Shown piece after piece: positions 50,815-60,103 of a stretch of 64,000 bases of DNA. The notes beneath the pieces are model-generated. The model saw nothing but the letters and a program-made list of their open reading frames with translations. It was not told the origin of the DNA and ran no database searches. The position numbers and the translations under genes are program-made. Within the stretch, counting starts at the first letter, position 1. Every line of letters starts with the position of its first letter. This DNA comes from an uncultured delta proteobacterium (GTDB taxonomy: Bacteria > Myxococcota > Myxococcia > Myxococcales > Anaeromyxobacteraceae): the NCBI GenBank assembly GCA_963828255.1, contig CAWHDZ010000016.1, positions 94,849-158,848 on the forward strand, written 5' to 3'.

Positions 50815-53800
50815 CTACGGCACGACGAGGCTCGTGCGCATCATCTCCGAGTCCTCGTGCGAGTTGATGTGGCAGTGCCACACGTACGGCCCGGAGGTCA
50901 CGGGCTCGTAGATCCAGGGCGGCCCACCGCACGCGCCGGTGAGGCATCCCGCCGTGCCAGGGGCGGTCGGCGCGCCCGTGGAGTTCCAGTGCGCATCCCA
51001 GTCGGCGACGATGGTCGTCACCACGCCGGGCGGGGCCTGGACCACGTCCTTCCACCCCCGCTCCCAGGTGTTCACGATGTCGGGCCCCATGATGTACGCA
51101 AGGCCGGACGACGGGCTGATCCCGTCGATGTCGGGCACGACCTGCATCTCGTTGCCCGGGGCGGGGCCCGGCTGGCAGAACATGCTGCCGCAGAGGTCGG
51201 TCTTGTAGGCGTTCATGTCGAAGAAATCGCGCCTGACGATCTGGTGCTTGACCAGGTGCGGGTGCATCGGGTGGGTGTCCACGGTGAGGTTGATGAACTT
51301 CCAGACCTCACGCGTCCCGGCGTTCGGGGTCTCGGTCACCTTGTACTCGAAGGGCACGCCGTTCAGCTGCATGCCGAGCGGCATGAGCGTGACGCCGTCG
51401 AGCCGCTCGTTCAGGTAGACGTGGCGGACGATCTGCTTCGCCTGACCGGGGCGGGGCAGCGCCGTCGGGCCGAGCGGACCGTTGCGCCGGACCAGGCTGA
51501 CGAACGTGCTGTTGACGATCGTGTTCGCCGGGTCGGCCGGCATGCAGGCGGTGAGCAGGTTCGTCGCGGTCGGTGCGGCCGGATCCCAGGTGAGGGCCTT
51601 CGGGGCGTTGGCGGCGCCGCAGAACCGGATGCCCTTGCCGGCCGCGTTCCGGACGTCGAAGCGCATGATGACGTTCAGGTCCGGCGTGAAGCCGCCCGCG
51701 GGAGGAATGCCGAACGGGAACGGGGCCGCGCCGTGGTTGACCAGGAAGACCGTGGAGTCGCCGAAGGCGGTGATTCCATTGCCCAGGTTGCCGAAGTCGA
51801 CGAGCAGCTCGATGCGCTCGCCGGGGCAGATGGAGAAGTCCCTGTTCTTGCCGATCGTCACCGGCGAGGGCAGGTAGCCCTGGTCGTTGGCGATGACCCA
51901 GTACTTCACGTTCGGGGCGTTCGGGTTCGAGTTCGGCAGGGCCGGCGGGACGGGGGGAGCCGTGTCGACGCCGGGGGCAGGGGCGAGGGCGGGCAGGCCG
52001 CCGGCGCGGTTCCGCTTGGCGAGGAGGCCCATCGTGTAGCAGCGCGAGTCGGACCCGTTCACGAGGCGGATGCGGTAGTAGCCGGGCGCCACCGTCCTCT
52101 TCGGCCAGAGAACGCCGTTCACGAGCGCGTGGTCGCCGAAGTACTCGGGCACCCACGTCGGGTGGACGAGCGGGTTCACGCCGGAGGTGACCGGGGTCTG
52201 GCCGGGCACGCCGCCCAGCGCGACCGGCAGCGGGGTCTGGCCGAGGCCGTTCGAGAAGTTGATGCTGCCGTCCTCGTTGAAGGCGCGGTCCTGGATGGCG
52301 AAGAACAGGTCGTACATGGGGATGCCGAGCGCGTCACGCGGCTCGGTGACGGGGTCGAGCCAGGTGAACTCGGTGCCCGGCGGCATGACCTTGTTGTTCT
52401 GGCCGGGGACCCAGTTGACGAGCGCGAGGTGGTGAGCCGGGTCCTTCACCGGGAAGAAGCCGGCGGGGCCAGCGATCACGTTGTGGTGGGTCTTGCCGAT
52501 GGAGTGGTCGTGGAACCAGATGGTCGCCTCGTCCTGGGTCATCGGGTAGGTGTAGATGTCGGAGGTTCCGTGCGGGCGCTTGAGGGCGATGTTCGACGGG
52601 TTCTCGAACGGGGGCATGACGTAGTTCTGACCGACGAGGTCATAGGCCTTGGCGGTGTTCACGTTGCCGAACCACTTCATGGCGAAGCCATCGGTGGAGG
52701 GCGGGATCTCGCCGCCGTGCAGGTGGGTGACCCAGGAGTTGTCCGGCTGCTGCGGGCTGCCGAACTGGTTCACGCCGTCCGGCGGAACGGTGCCCGCGGG
52801 CCCGGCCAGGGCGTGGTCGATCTTGGCCTTCACGCCCATGAAGGTGCGGTCGATGGCGCACGGCCAGTCGGCGGCCTCGGGGTGCGGGCAGAGTACGTGG
52901 GTGTTGGGAAACTCGTTCACCCACTTCACGACCACCGGCCTGCCGGCCGTGGCGCGGACGCTGATCGAGGGCCAGGTGGCGACGTAGTTGTTGGCCGACC
53001 AGGACGATGGCGTGCCGGGCGCGAACAAGCCCGCGCCGGAGAGCACCTGGGTGACCGGGCCGCCGCCCATGTTGATCTGGCCGACACCCCAGATCGGAGT
53101 GAAGAGCGGGTTGCCCATCGGGACCTTGGGGCCGCTGTGGTGCCACCGGTGCAGTACGTCCCGATGAAGGACGCGCTCGCGTCAGCAGGACAGGCGCAGC
53201 CGCCGCTGATGTTGCAGACCAGGCCGGTCCACTGCATGCCGCTCGGCACGGGGAGCCCTGCGGGAGGATTGGGGAAGAGCCCGACCGAGGCGAGCCCCTG
53301 AAATCCATTGGCCTCGTGCAGGCCGATCTCGTAGTAGTCGGCGCCCTGATACTTGGCCGTATCCGGCGTGTAGTCGGGAGGATTGAGCACCTCCCAGACG
53401 AACTTCGGGGTCGGGATGGGGCGCGGGTTCACCACAGGGTCCGGGGTGACCAGCGGGGCGAGGACCTTGTAAGGAAAGAGGGAGGGGGCGCCGCAACCGG
53501 CCCAGTTGCCCGCCGAGCGCTGGCTGGTTCCGCCGGTGTCGCAGGCGAAGCTGTTGGGCACGTTGTCGCAGGGATTGCCTGCAAGTGAAGGGAAGAGCGC
53601 CGCGTTGTTGGAATCCGCGAGGCACTGCCCCGGGTACGGGTAGTTGACCTGGTAGTTGCTGCCCGTCGGCCCCAGCGGGTTCTGGAGCGGGAAGGCGGCG
53701 TTGGCCGCCTTGGTGTCGACGTTCGGTGGAACGGGTGGCGTGAACGCGATCTGCGCACTGGCCAAGGAACTCCATGCGAGCCCCCCGGCCGCGGCGACTG

Positions 53801-53828
53801 CAACGATTGCCCTCTGGATCTTCTTCAC
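50815..53828 (-). CDS. Large secreted multicopper oxidase (CotA/bilirubin oxidase-like), about 1000 aa; frameshift at G4 run 53128-53131
   Basis: Signal peptide and AGGAG RBS; THLHGG, WFHDH, HPMHPH, WHCHINSHEDSEMM; one added base joins ...GGTTAAP to KVPMGNPLF. Confidence 0.85.
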
Positions 53829-53956
53829 GGCTCTCTCCTGGAATTTCCGGTAGACGGAGCAGCTTCCACTCTTGGTGAATCGCTTCCCACTCCCGGGCCT
53901 CCGAACGACCGGCGCGTGCCCTCTGCACGCGTGACCTTCGGCTCGGGGGGAGAATC

Positions 53957-53971
53957 GCCATGTGCGCGCCA
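53957..53971 (-). promoter_or_regulatory. Candidate sigma54 -24/-12 promoter for the multicopper oxidase
   Basis: Minus strand TGGCGCGCACATGGC = GG-N10-GC, about 130 bp upstream of the start. Confidence 0.45.
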
Positions 53972-54013
53972 GCGCACATGTCCCCAGCGCGCGGGACGAT
54001 GTGTCGAAACGTC

Positions 54014-54031
54014 AATTGATATATGTCAATT
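54014..54031. promoter_or_regulatory. FNR/Crp-family-like operator
   Basis: AATTGATATATGTCAATT: TTGAT-N4-GTCAA, one mismatch to the FNR box, in an AT-rich intergenic region. Confidence 0.55.
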
Positions 54032-54450
54032 ATTCACCGGGTCCGGAGAGCGTCTGAAGTGCTCGCCATTCTCGGAGGTTAGGGCACTCGTGCGTCAAAA
54101 CGCCCCATGCAACGAGGGCTTGTGATGAGGTAAGCTTAATTAAACTTCATACACCTTTGCCTCCCCAAAGGGGTGCGACATTGGTGCTGTCCAGTCTTTG
54201 CACCGCTTCCGGGGGGTGACTTTTGGATCATGGTAAGAGAGTGCTTGCAACCCAAAATGGAGCGCCAAAGTAGACATTTACCGACATCGAAGCGACCAGG
54301 AAAACCGTTCCACACTTTGGGGGGGGTGCGCGCCGGTGGGATCGAAGCTGGCAAGACGCCCCGGCCCAGATTCACGGTCGGTGAATGGCGGCGCTCGCTC
54401 GTCACACCGCCTGCACGCGCTGGCGCGGTTCGATGTATCTTGCGCGCCCC

Positions 54451-55500
54451 ATGGCGCTCATCGACCTCGAACCGAAGTCCTCCGGCCCGCGCACTCCTGG
54501 GCGCCTCGGCGCTTTCCTGCTCTTCGTCGTCCTCGCGGCGGCAGCCGCCGGCGCCGGGTACTGGTTCGGCCGGCGCGAGCCGTCCCGGCCGCAGACCGTC
54601 GCGACGCCGCCGGTCGCCGACGCTTCACCATCCGTGACCACCCCCCCCTTGGAGGCCCCTCCCGCCCCTCCCGCGCCCGACGGACCGCGCCGGGTCTCCG
54701 CCGCAGTCGAGGGCCCCCTCGAGGAGTCAATCGCCTCCGCGCTCGGCCCCGGCCAGCAGCCGCTCGCCGCCGAACTCACACAGGTGGTGAATCGCCTCCT
54801 GGTCTGGAATCTTCAAGTTTCGAAGGACGCGCGGCGCGGCGACCGGATCGAGATCCTCTTCTCCCCCGCGCCCCCGGGAGGCAGCGGCCCGACCCGTTCG
54901 CAGGAGCCGGTGGTCGAGGCGCTTCGCTACACCTCCCAGAAGTTCGGCCGGACCTTCGCCGCGTACCGGTGGCAGCCCCCCGGCGCGAAGTACCCCCACT
55001 ACTGGCGCGCCGACGGGACCGGGGTCGAGGAGCGGCTGGTGGACGGCCCCATCCGCGACTACGAGCAGATCACCTCGCTGGTCCGCGACGGCCGGCGCCA
55101 CAAGGGGGTGGACTTCCGGACCCCGGTGGGGACGCCGGTCTACGCCACGTTCGACGGGGTCGTGGAACGGCGGAACTGGAAGTTCTCCGCCAACGGAAAC
55201 TGCCTCGACGTGGTGGACCCGGCCACCGGCCGCCGCGCCGTCTTCCTCCACCTCGACGTGGTTCCGAAGACGATGCAGAAGGGGCGCGCCGTGAAGAAGG
55301 GGGAGGAGATCGCCGCCTCGGGCAACAGCGGCCACTCCACCGCGCCCCACCTGCACTACCAGCTCGAGGACGCCTCCGGGAAGGTGCTCGACCCCTTCAA
55401 GGTGCACCGCACCACGCGCGCGGCGATCCCTGCCGCCGATCGCCCGGCCTTCGAGGCGGAGCGGGCCAGGCTCGACGCGCGGCTCACCGCCGGGAAGTGA
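54451..55500 (+). CDS. M23 family metallopeptidase (MepM-like)
   Basis: N-terminal TM, HKGVDF, HLD, SGNSGHSTAPHLHY. Confidence 0.88.
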   Translation: MALIDLEPKSSGPRTPGRLGAFLLFVVLAAAAAGAGYWFGRREPSRPQTVATPPVADASPSVTTPPLEAPPAPPAPDGPRRVSAAVEGPLEESIASALGPGQQPLAAELTQVVNRLLVWNLQVSKDARRGDRIEILFSPAPPGGSGPTRSQEPVVEALRYTSQKFGRTFAAYRWQPPGAKYPHYWRADGTGVEERLVDGPIRDYEQITSLVRDGRRHKGVDFRTPVGTPVYATFDGVVERRNWKFSANGNCLDVVDPATGRRAVFLHLDVVPKTMQKGRAVKKGEEIAASGNSGHSTAPHLHYQLEDASGKVLDPFKVHRTTRAAIPAADRPAFEAERARLDARLTAGK

Positions 55501-55516
55501 AGCCTCGGGCCCAGCC

Positions 55517-56326
55517 TCAGCGGGACAGCAGCACCGGCGTGGTCATGGTTCGGAGGATGTCCTGGGTGCTGCCGCTGCGGGGGAGGTAGGGGAACGACCG
55601 GTGGACGTGGGCCCCCATCACGGTGAGGTCCACGTCACCGTCGGTGGCCCGGTTGAGGACGTGGTCCACCACCCGCATCTCCTCGAGCACGAGCCGCTCG
55701 TAGCGGGCCTTCACCCCGTGCGCGGCCAGGTGGGCCACGACGTCCACCGGTGGGACCCCCTGCGATTCCCCGCTGCCGGGGCGCTGGATCGAGAGGACCG
55801 TCACGTCCTCCGCGCCGACCAGGAAGGGCAGCGCGTCGTTCAAGGCCCGGGCGGACTCCCGGCTTCCGGTCCAGGCCACCAGCACCCTGCGGCCGATGTC
55901 GGGGTAGGTTCCCGCCCAGGGCACGACCAGGATGGGCCGCCCGGCGTCCTCCAGCGCCTGCTCGATGGTGTCGGCGGGGAGGCGCGCGCCCTCCTCCGGG
56001 TGCTGGCCGAAGATGGCGAGGTCGGCGTACCGGCAGCAGACCACCGTCCAGCCCACCACCTCGGCCCAGTCGGCCCCGGCGACCGACCACCAGTCGGTGG
56101 AGAGCCCTGCGGTCCGCTCGTCGAAGGTCCTCCGGGCGGTGGCCTCGTCGGCCGCGAGGAGGTCCGGCGTGCGCCTCTCCCCGATGCCCGGGCCCATGGC
56201 GCCGCTCTCGGCGAAGAGGCCGGTGACCCGTGCGCCCGTTCGCCGGGCCACCGTGGCGGCCAGGGCAACGCGCTCCGCGGACCGGGGATTCGCGTCCACG
56301 TGGACGAGCAGGTGCTTGAGGCTCAT
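55517..56326 (-). CDS. Tandem-domain universal stress protein
   Basis: LKHLLVHVD, RVLVAWTGSRESARA, DLTVMGA, PVLLSR. Confidence 0.88.
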   Translation of the reverse strand: MSLKHLLVHVDANPRSAERVALAATVARRTGARVTGLFAESGAMGPGIGERRTPDLLAADEATARRTFDERTAGLSTDWWSVAGADWAEVVGWTVVCCRYADLAIFGQHPEEGARLPADTIEQALEDAGRPILVVPWAGTYPDIGRRVLVAWTGSRESARALNDALPFLVGAEDVTVLSIQRPGSGESQGVPPVDVVAHLAAHGVKARYERLVLEEMRVVDHVLNRATDGDVDLTVMGAHVHRSFPYLPRSGSTQDILRTMTTPVLLSR

Positions 56327-56495
56327 GGCGGCTCCATCAGGCCCAGAGGATCCTCTCGGCCAGGGCGCGGAAGAAGCGGCGCAACCCACGAAACGTGAAC
56401 GACGACGGCGACCCGAAACGCATGGCGGGACCCCAGGGCCCTCCCGGGATGGGGTGACTCTAGTCCTCGTCGCGCCCGGCGCAAACCCCGAATGG

Positions 56496-56528
56496 AAAAG
56501 CGCGGCGGTGGGGGGGCCACCGCCGCGC
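56496..56528 (-). terminator. Rho-independent terminator after the metalloprotease operon
   Basis: GCGCGGCGGTGG/CCACCGCCGCGC 12-bp stem with TTTT on the minus strand. Confidence 0.8.
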
Positions 56529-56545
56529 CTCTCGGCCTGCTGCTG

Positions 56546-58909
56546 CTACCTGTGGTCGGGGCAGGGCCCCAGCGCGTCGCCGTGCAGGAGGTGCTCGTCC
56601 GAGCCCTTCGGGAAGTCGACGCTGATGGTGTGTCCGCTGCCGCGCTCGTGCTTCTCGAGGTGGCAGACGAAGACCTTGGGCATCTGGACGACCCAGCCGG
56701 CGTAATACTGGAAGCCGATGCCCCAGCCGGTGAGGACGGTGCCGTCGTCCGACATCGCCATCGGGCTCCAGAGCGAGACGTACTGGTCCATGGAGGCGCC
56801 CTGGCGCTTCAGGAAGGCGTCGAGGTCGACCGTGCCCATGGCCTTCGTCCAGAGGAATGGGCCGCGGACCATGGAGAACCAGGGGTTGCCCGCGAAGCCG
56901 GCCATGACGCTGCCGTCCCGGTTCATCGTGTAGGCGTCCACAGGGGCCGCCTCCGGGGAGTAGGACGCGTAGTACTCGATGCCGGGCCGGTCGATGCGCT
57001 TCCGCCAGCCGAGCCCCTCGTTGGGAAGGCCCCAGTATGTCCTGCCGGAGACGATCTTGCCGTCGCCGCTCACCGCCTGGCCCTCGTCCAGCATGCTTCC
57101 GTCCGCCTGGGTGATGCGGGAAGGCTTCCCGTTCACCCAGACCGTGGCCACGCGCCCGCCGCCACCCTCCTCCTCCCAGCCGGCCAGCGTGGTGCCGTCG
57201 GCGGAGATCTGGGTGGGCCGGCCGTTCGCCGGGGAGCCGTCCGGAGCCGTGCCGGCCGAGGGGAGGATCCGCGTTCCCTGGCCGGGGCTCCAGCGGAAGC
57301 CCTTGTAGTCGGTGCAGGAGTTGAAGGTGAGGCCATAGACGGCGCCGTCGTTGGCCACGCCGAAGTTGGCCGTCGAGTAGGTGTCGCAGTTGCCCGTCGG
57401 TTCGACGAGCAGCCAGCCGTTCCTCGCGTCCCAGCGCCAGGTGCCGAGATCGGTGTCGGTCGCGGCGTCGAGGACGTTCGTCGAGATGTACTTCCCGTTC
57501 CTCGAGATGCTGGTGATCTCGCCGGTGGTGTCCACGCCCAGCGAGGTGATGCCGGTCTTCTCGGTCCACCGGAAGGCCGGCCCGCCGCGGCCGTAGTTCC
57601 CGACCACGGTCTTGCCGTCACCCGTCATGCTCGAGGGGCCGGCGGCGTAGTCGAGGGAGATCACCACCGGCGCGTCCCTGCGCCGCTCGAAGACGAGGTC
57701 GGCCCGGACGGGGGCGCCCGCCTTCGGGACGATCACCTGGTAGGCGCAGGGATCGAACGGCCGGTTGTCCTCGCGCTTGCGGGTCGAGCCGTCCCAGAAC
57801 CGCTCGCTCCCCGGGAGGAACCACATGGGCTGCGTGGGGAAGCCGCCGGCGACGACCGCGTCGACGTAGACCACGTAGCGGGCGCCCGGCTTGAGGCCGT
57901 TCAGGGTGTAGGAGCCGTCGGGTCCGAAGTGCCCCTGCGTCCATTGCCCGGAGAGGGCGGAGTTGGCGTCGGTGAACGGATCGTCGAGGTTGCGGGCGAT
58001 GACGTTCACGCCGGTGAGCTCGGTGCGCCGGTCGAGCCCGAGGACCTTGCCGGTGATGGAGCCGGTGGCGGTCGGCCAGCCCGGACCCGGGTAGAGGTCG
58101 GAGAGGGCAGCCTGGTCGTCGGTGCTGTGGATGTGGGCCATGCCGAGCCCGACGTCGGAGCCCGGCCAGGGGTCGGCGAAGGGGTACATCGTCTCGACGT
58201 CGAGTGGGCCCACGTCGCTCCGGTACGGCAGCGACGTGCAGCTCTGCGGACCGGCCGGCTCGCCGGCGTACTGCCCGTAGAAGAAGGCGGCCCCGTTGGT
58301 CTGGGTGTGGGCCAGGCCGATGCCGTGGCCGAACTCGTGGGTGGCGACGCCCTGGTAGTGGGCCGCGTCGGGATCGTCGGTGTACATCGCCTGCCCGTTG
58401 AGCAGCGTCCAGCTCTCGGTGACGAAGTTGGTGGTCTCGTCGCCGTACTCCGGGGTCGAGATCCCGAGGACGTACGGGCTCACCCCGAAGAACTCGGAGA
58501 AGATCGTCCCGTCGGCGTCGAAGATGACGTGGATGCCGCCTCCGTTGAAGGCACCGATGACGAGGTCGGCGTTCTGGCCGGTGATGTCGGGGAGGCCGAT
58601 GCCGGCGAAATCGCCGACGACCGCGGCGCGGAACGAAGAGGTGGGCACGGCCGACCAGTCGGCGAAGCCCTTCTTCACCTGGGCCACGCCCACATCGTTC
58701 GAGAAGACGTAGCTCCCTGGGGGGTCGACCCACCAGTCGGTCTGGAAGGAGTAGTCGCCCAGGTCGGTGTAGACCGGGACGACGGCGCCCGGGGCGTACC
58801 GCCAGGGCTTTCCCGAGACGTTGTCGACGATGAGCGGCCCACCGGCGAGCGCCGGCGAGGCGACTGCCACGAGGGCGGCGAGGAGCAGGCTCCGGCTAGC
58901 GATCCGCAT
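56546..58909 (-). CDS. Secreted matrixin-like (metzincin) metalloprotease with carboxypeptidase-regulatory-like and HAF-repeat-like domains
   Basis: HEFGHGIGLAH, Met-turn ETMYP, GSITGKV...DGSYTLNGL, repeated SxDGxxVxG strands. Confidence 0.82.
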   Translation of the reverse strand: MRIASRSLLLAALVAVASPALAGGPLIVDNVSGKPWRYAPGAVVPVYTDLGDYSFQTDWWVDPPGSYVFSNDVGVAQVKKGFADWSAVPTSSFRAAVVGDFAGIGLPDITGQNADLVIGAFNGGGIHVIFDADGTIFSEFFGVSPYVLGISTPEYGDETTNFVTESWTLLNGQAMYTDDPDAAHYQGVATHEFGHGIGLAHTQTNGAAFFYGQYAGEPAGPQSCTSLPYRSDVGPLDVETMYPFADPWPGSDVGLGMAHIHSTDDQAALSDLYPGPGWPTATGSITGKVLGLDRRTELTGVNVIARNLDDPFTDANSALSGQWTQGHFGPDGSYTLNGLKPGARYVVYVDAVVAGGFPTQPMWFLPGSERFWDGSTRKREDNRPFDPCAYQVIVPKAGAPVRADLVFERRRDAPVVISLDYAAGPSSMTGDGKTVVGNYGRGGPAFRWTEKTGITSLGVDTTGEITSISRNGKYISTNVLDAATDTDLGTWRWDARNGWLLVEPTGNCDTYSTANFGVANDGAVYGLTFNSCTDYKGFRWSPGQGTRILPSAGTAPDGSPANGRPTQISADGTTLAGWEEEGGGGRVATVWVNGKPSRITQADGSMLDEGQAVSGDGKIVSGRTYWGLPNEGLGWRKRIDRPGIEYYASYSPEAAPVDAYTMNRDGSVMAGFAGNPWFSMVRGPFLWTKAMGTVDLDAFLKRQGASMDQYVSLWSPMAMSDDGTVLTGWGIGFQYYAGWVVQMPKVFVCHLEKHERGSGHTISVDFPKGSDEHLLHGDALGPCPDHR

Positions 58910-59540
58910 GGCGCATCCTCCCGTTCTCGATCCACTTCCCGTCGACGGCCTGCTTGACGAGCGAGCTGAAGACCCGCGCGTTCACGGTGCCGCGGGTCGT
59001 CGCCATCACCCGCTTCTCGGCGTCGCCGAGGAGGCCCGGGTCGACGGCGACGCGCTCGAACAGCCCGGCGTTGTCGAGTGCGTTGGTGGCGCCCGCCGCG
59101 TTGACGCGGAACTGCCCCTGGGCGAGCCCCGCGGTGGTGCGGAGCCCGGTGCGGGATGCCGGCTGGCGAAGGAAGAAGATCGACTCCTCCCCCTGGATGT
59201 AGGTGGCCCAGGCGGTCGGCGTGACCATGAGGTTGACGCGCCCGTCGGCCATCCGCTTCGGGGCGAGGAGCCCGAACTGACGGAAGGTGAACTCGGATCC
59301 GGGCTTGCCCTTGAGGGCCTCGCCGACCTCGAGGGTGACCTCGGTGTAGGGGATGCCGCGGGAGTCGATGCCGTCGGTGACCGTCTTCACGCGGCCGCGG
59401 ATGATGAGCTCCGACTCCTGGATCAGGTCGACGACGTTGATCTGCTTCCTCACCGTGGTGGCGTGGGCGGTGGCCGGCGCGAGAAGCAGCGCGCTGGCCA
59501 TCCACGCGACTGCTCTCGCGGTGCTTCGGGGGTTCGGCAT
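58896..59540 (-). CDS. Secreted hypothetical protein coupled to the metalloprotease
   Basis: AAGGAG RBS, signal peptide AHA-TT, LIQESELIIRGRV...GEESIFFL; overlaps the protease start. Confidence 0.78.
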   Translation of the reverse strand: MPNPRSTARAVAWMASALLLAPATAHATTVRKQINVVDLIQESELIIRGRVKTVTDGIDSRGIPYTEVTLEVGEALKGKPGSEFTFRQFGLLAPKRMADGRVNLMVTPTAWATYIQGEESIFFLRQPASRTGLRTTAGLAQGQFRVNAAGATNALDNAGLFERVAVDPGLLGDAEKRVMATTRGTVNARVFSSLVKQAVDGKWIENGRMRHADR

Positions 59541-59557
59541 TCGGGGCTCCTTGGGGG

Positions 59558-59890
59558 TCACGGGGAAGACGCGGCGGCGGAAGGCGTGTCGGAGGTGACG
59601 AAGCGGAACTCGGCAGAGGCGCCGAGCAGCCGGGCGGCCCCGGCGAGGATGCGGAAGTGATCGGAGTCCATGTGGGCCATCAGGGCGGCCTGGTCCCGCC
59701 ACTCGCTGATGAGGACGAAGTGGTTGCCCCCGTCGACGTCCCCGCAGACGACGCAGAGCCGGCACCCGGGCGCGCGCTCGATCTCGCCCCGGAGGGAGCG
59801 AAGGGTCTGGAGGAACTCCTCGCGCTTCTCCGGCGCGGGGGTCAGCAGCGACGTCACGACCTTCACTGCGGCTGCCTTCGACGGGATCAT
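59558..59890 (-). CDS. Antibiotic biosynthesis monooxygenase (ABM)-family protein
   Basis: PEKREEFL, PGC, SEWRDQAALMAHMDSDHF; AAGGAG RBS. Confidence 0.78.
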   Translation of the reverse strand: MIPSKAAAVKVVTSLLTPAPEKREEFLQTLRSLRGEIERAPGCRLCVVCGDVDGGNHFVLISEWRDQAALMAHMDSDHFRILAGAARLLGASAEFRFVTSDTPSAAASSP

Positions 59891-59925
59891 CTGGGCGGAA
59901 CTCCTTCTCGCTGCGCCCCACATGA

Positions 59926-59940
59926 GCAAGGAGGACGCCA
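59926..59940 (-). promoter_or_regulatory. sigma54 -24/-12 promoter
   Basis: Minus strand TGGCGTCCTCCTTGC (GG-N10-GC with TTGC) directly upstream of the ABM RBS. Confidence 0.75.
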
Positions 59941-59964
59941 GGAGCCGCCGTGGCCGCTGAGCGG

Positions 59965-59977
59965 AGTCAATCCATTG
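59965..59977. promoter_or_regulatory. Candidate IHF site
   Basis: AGTCAATCCATTG, one mismatch to WATCAANNNNTTR, in an AT-rich patch between enhancer and promoter. Confidence 0.45.
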
Positions 59978-60039
59978 AATTTCCTAGATTAGTGCCAGCG
60001 CCTCTGCGCCCTTTTGGGCACCGAGGGACCCGGACCCAT

Positions 60040-60090
60040 CCCACGAAATGTCGTGGGTCGCGGGATGTCGTGGGATCCGGGGATGCGTGA
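60040..60090. promoter_or_regulatory. Candidate upstream activator (enhancer) sites
   Basis: Palindrome CCCACGA-AATG-TCGTGGG; ATGTCGTGGG repeated at 60048 and 60065, degenerate copy at about 60083. Confidence 0.6.
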
Positions 60091-60103
60091 GGCGGTTCGC
60101 GCC

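Noticed and set aside
54136..54637. Short ORFs in the AT-rich region (54136-54405, 54173-54637, 53916-54125)
   Set aside because: Atypical codon usage, no RBS or motifs; treated as non-coding
60040..60090. Short direct repeats as a CRISPR remnant
   Set aside because: 10-bp units with 7-bp gaps and no cas genes; they fit activator binding sites
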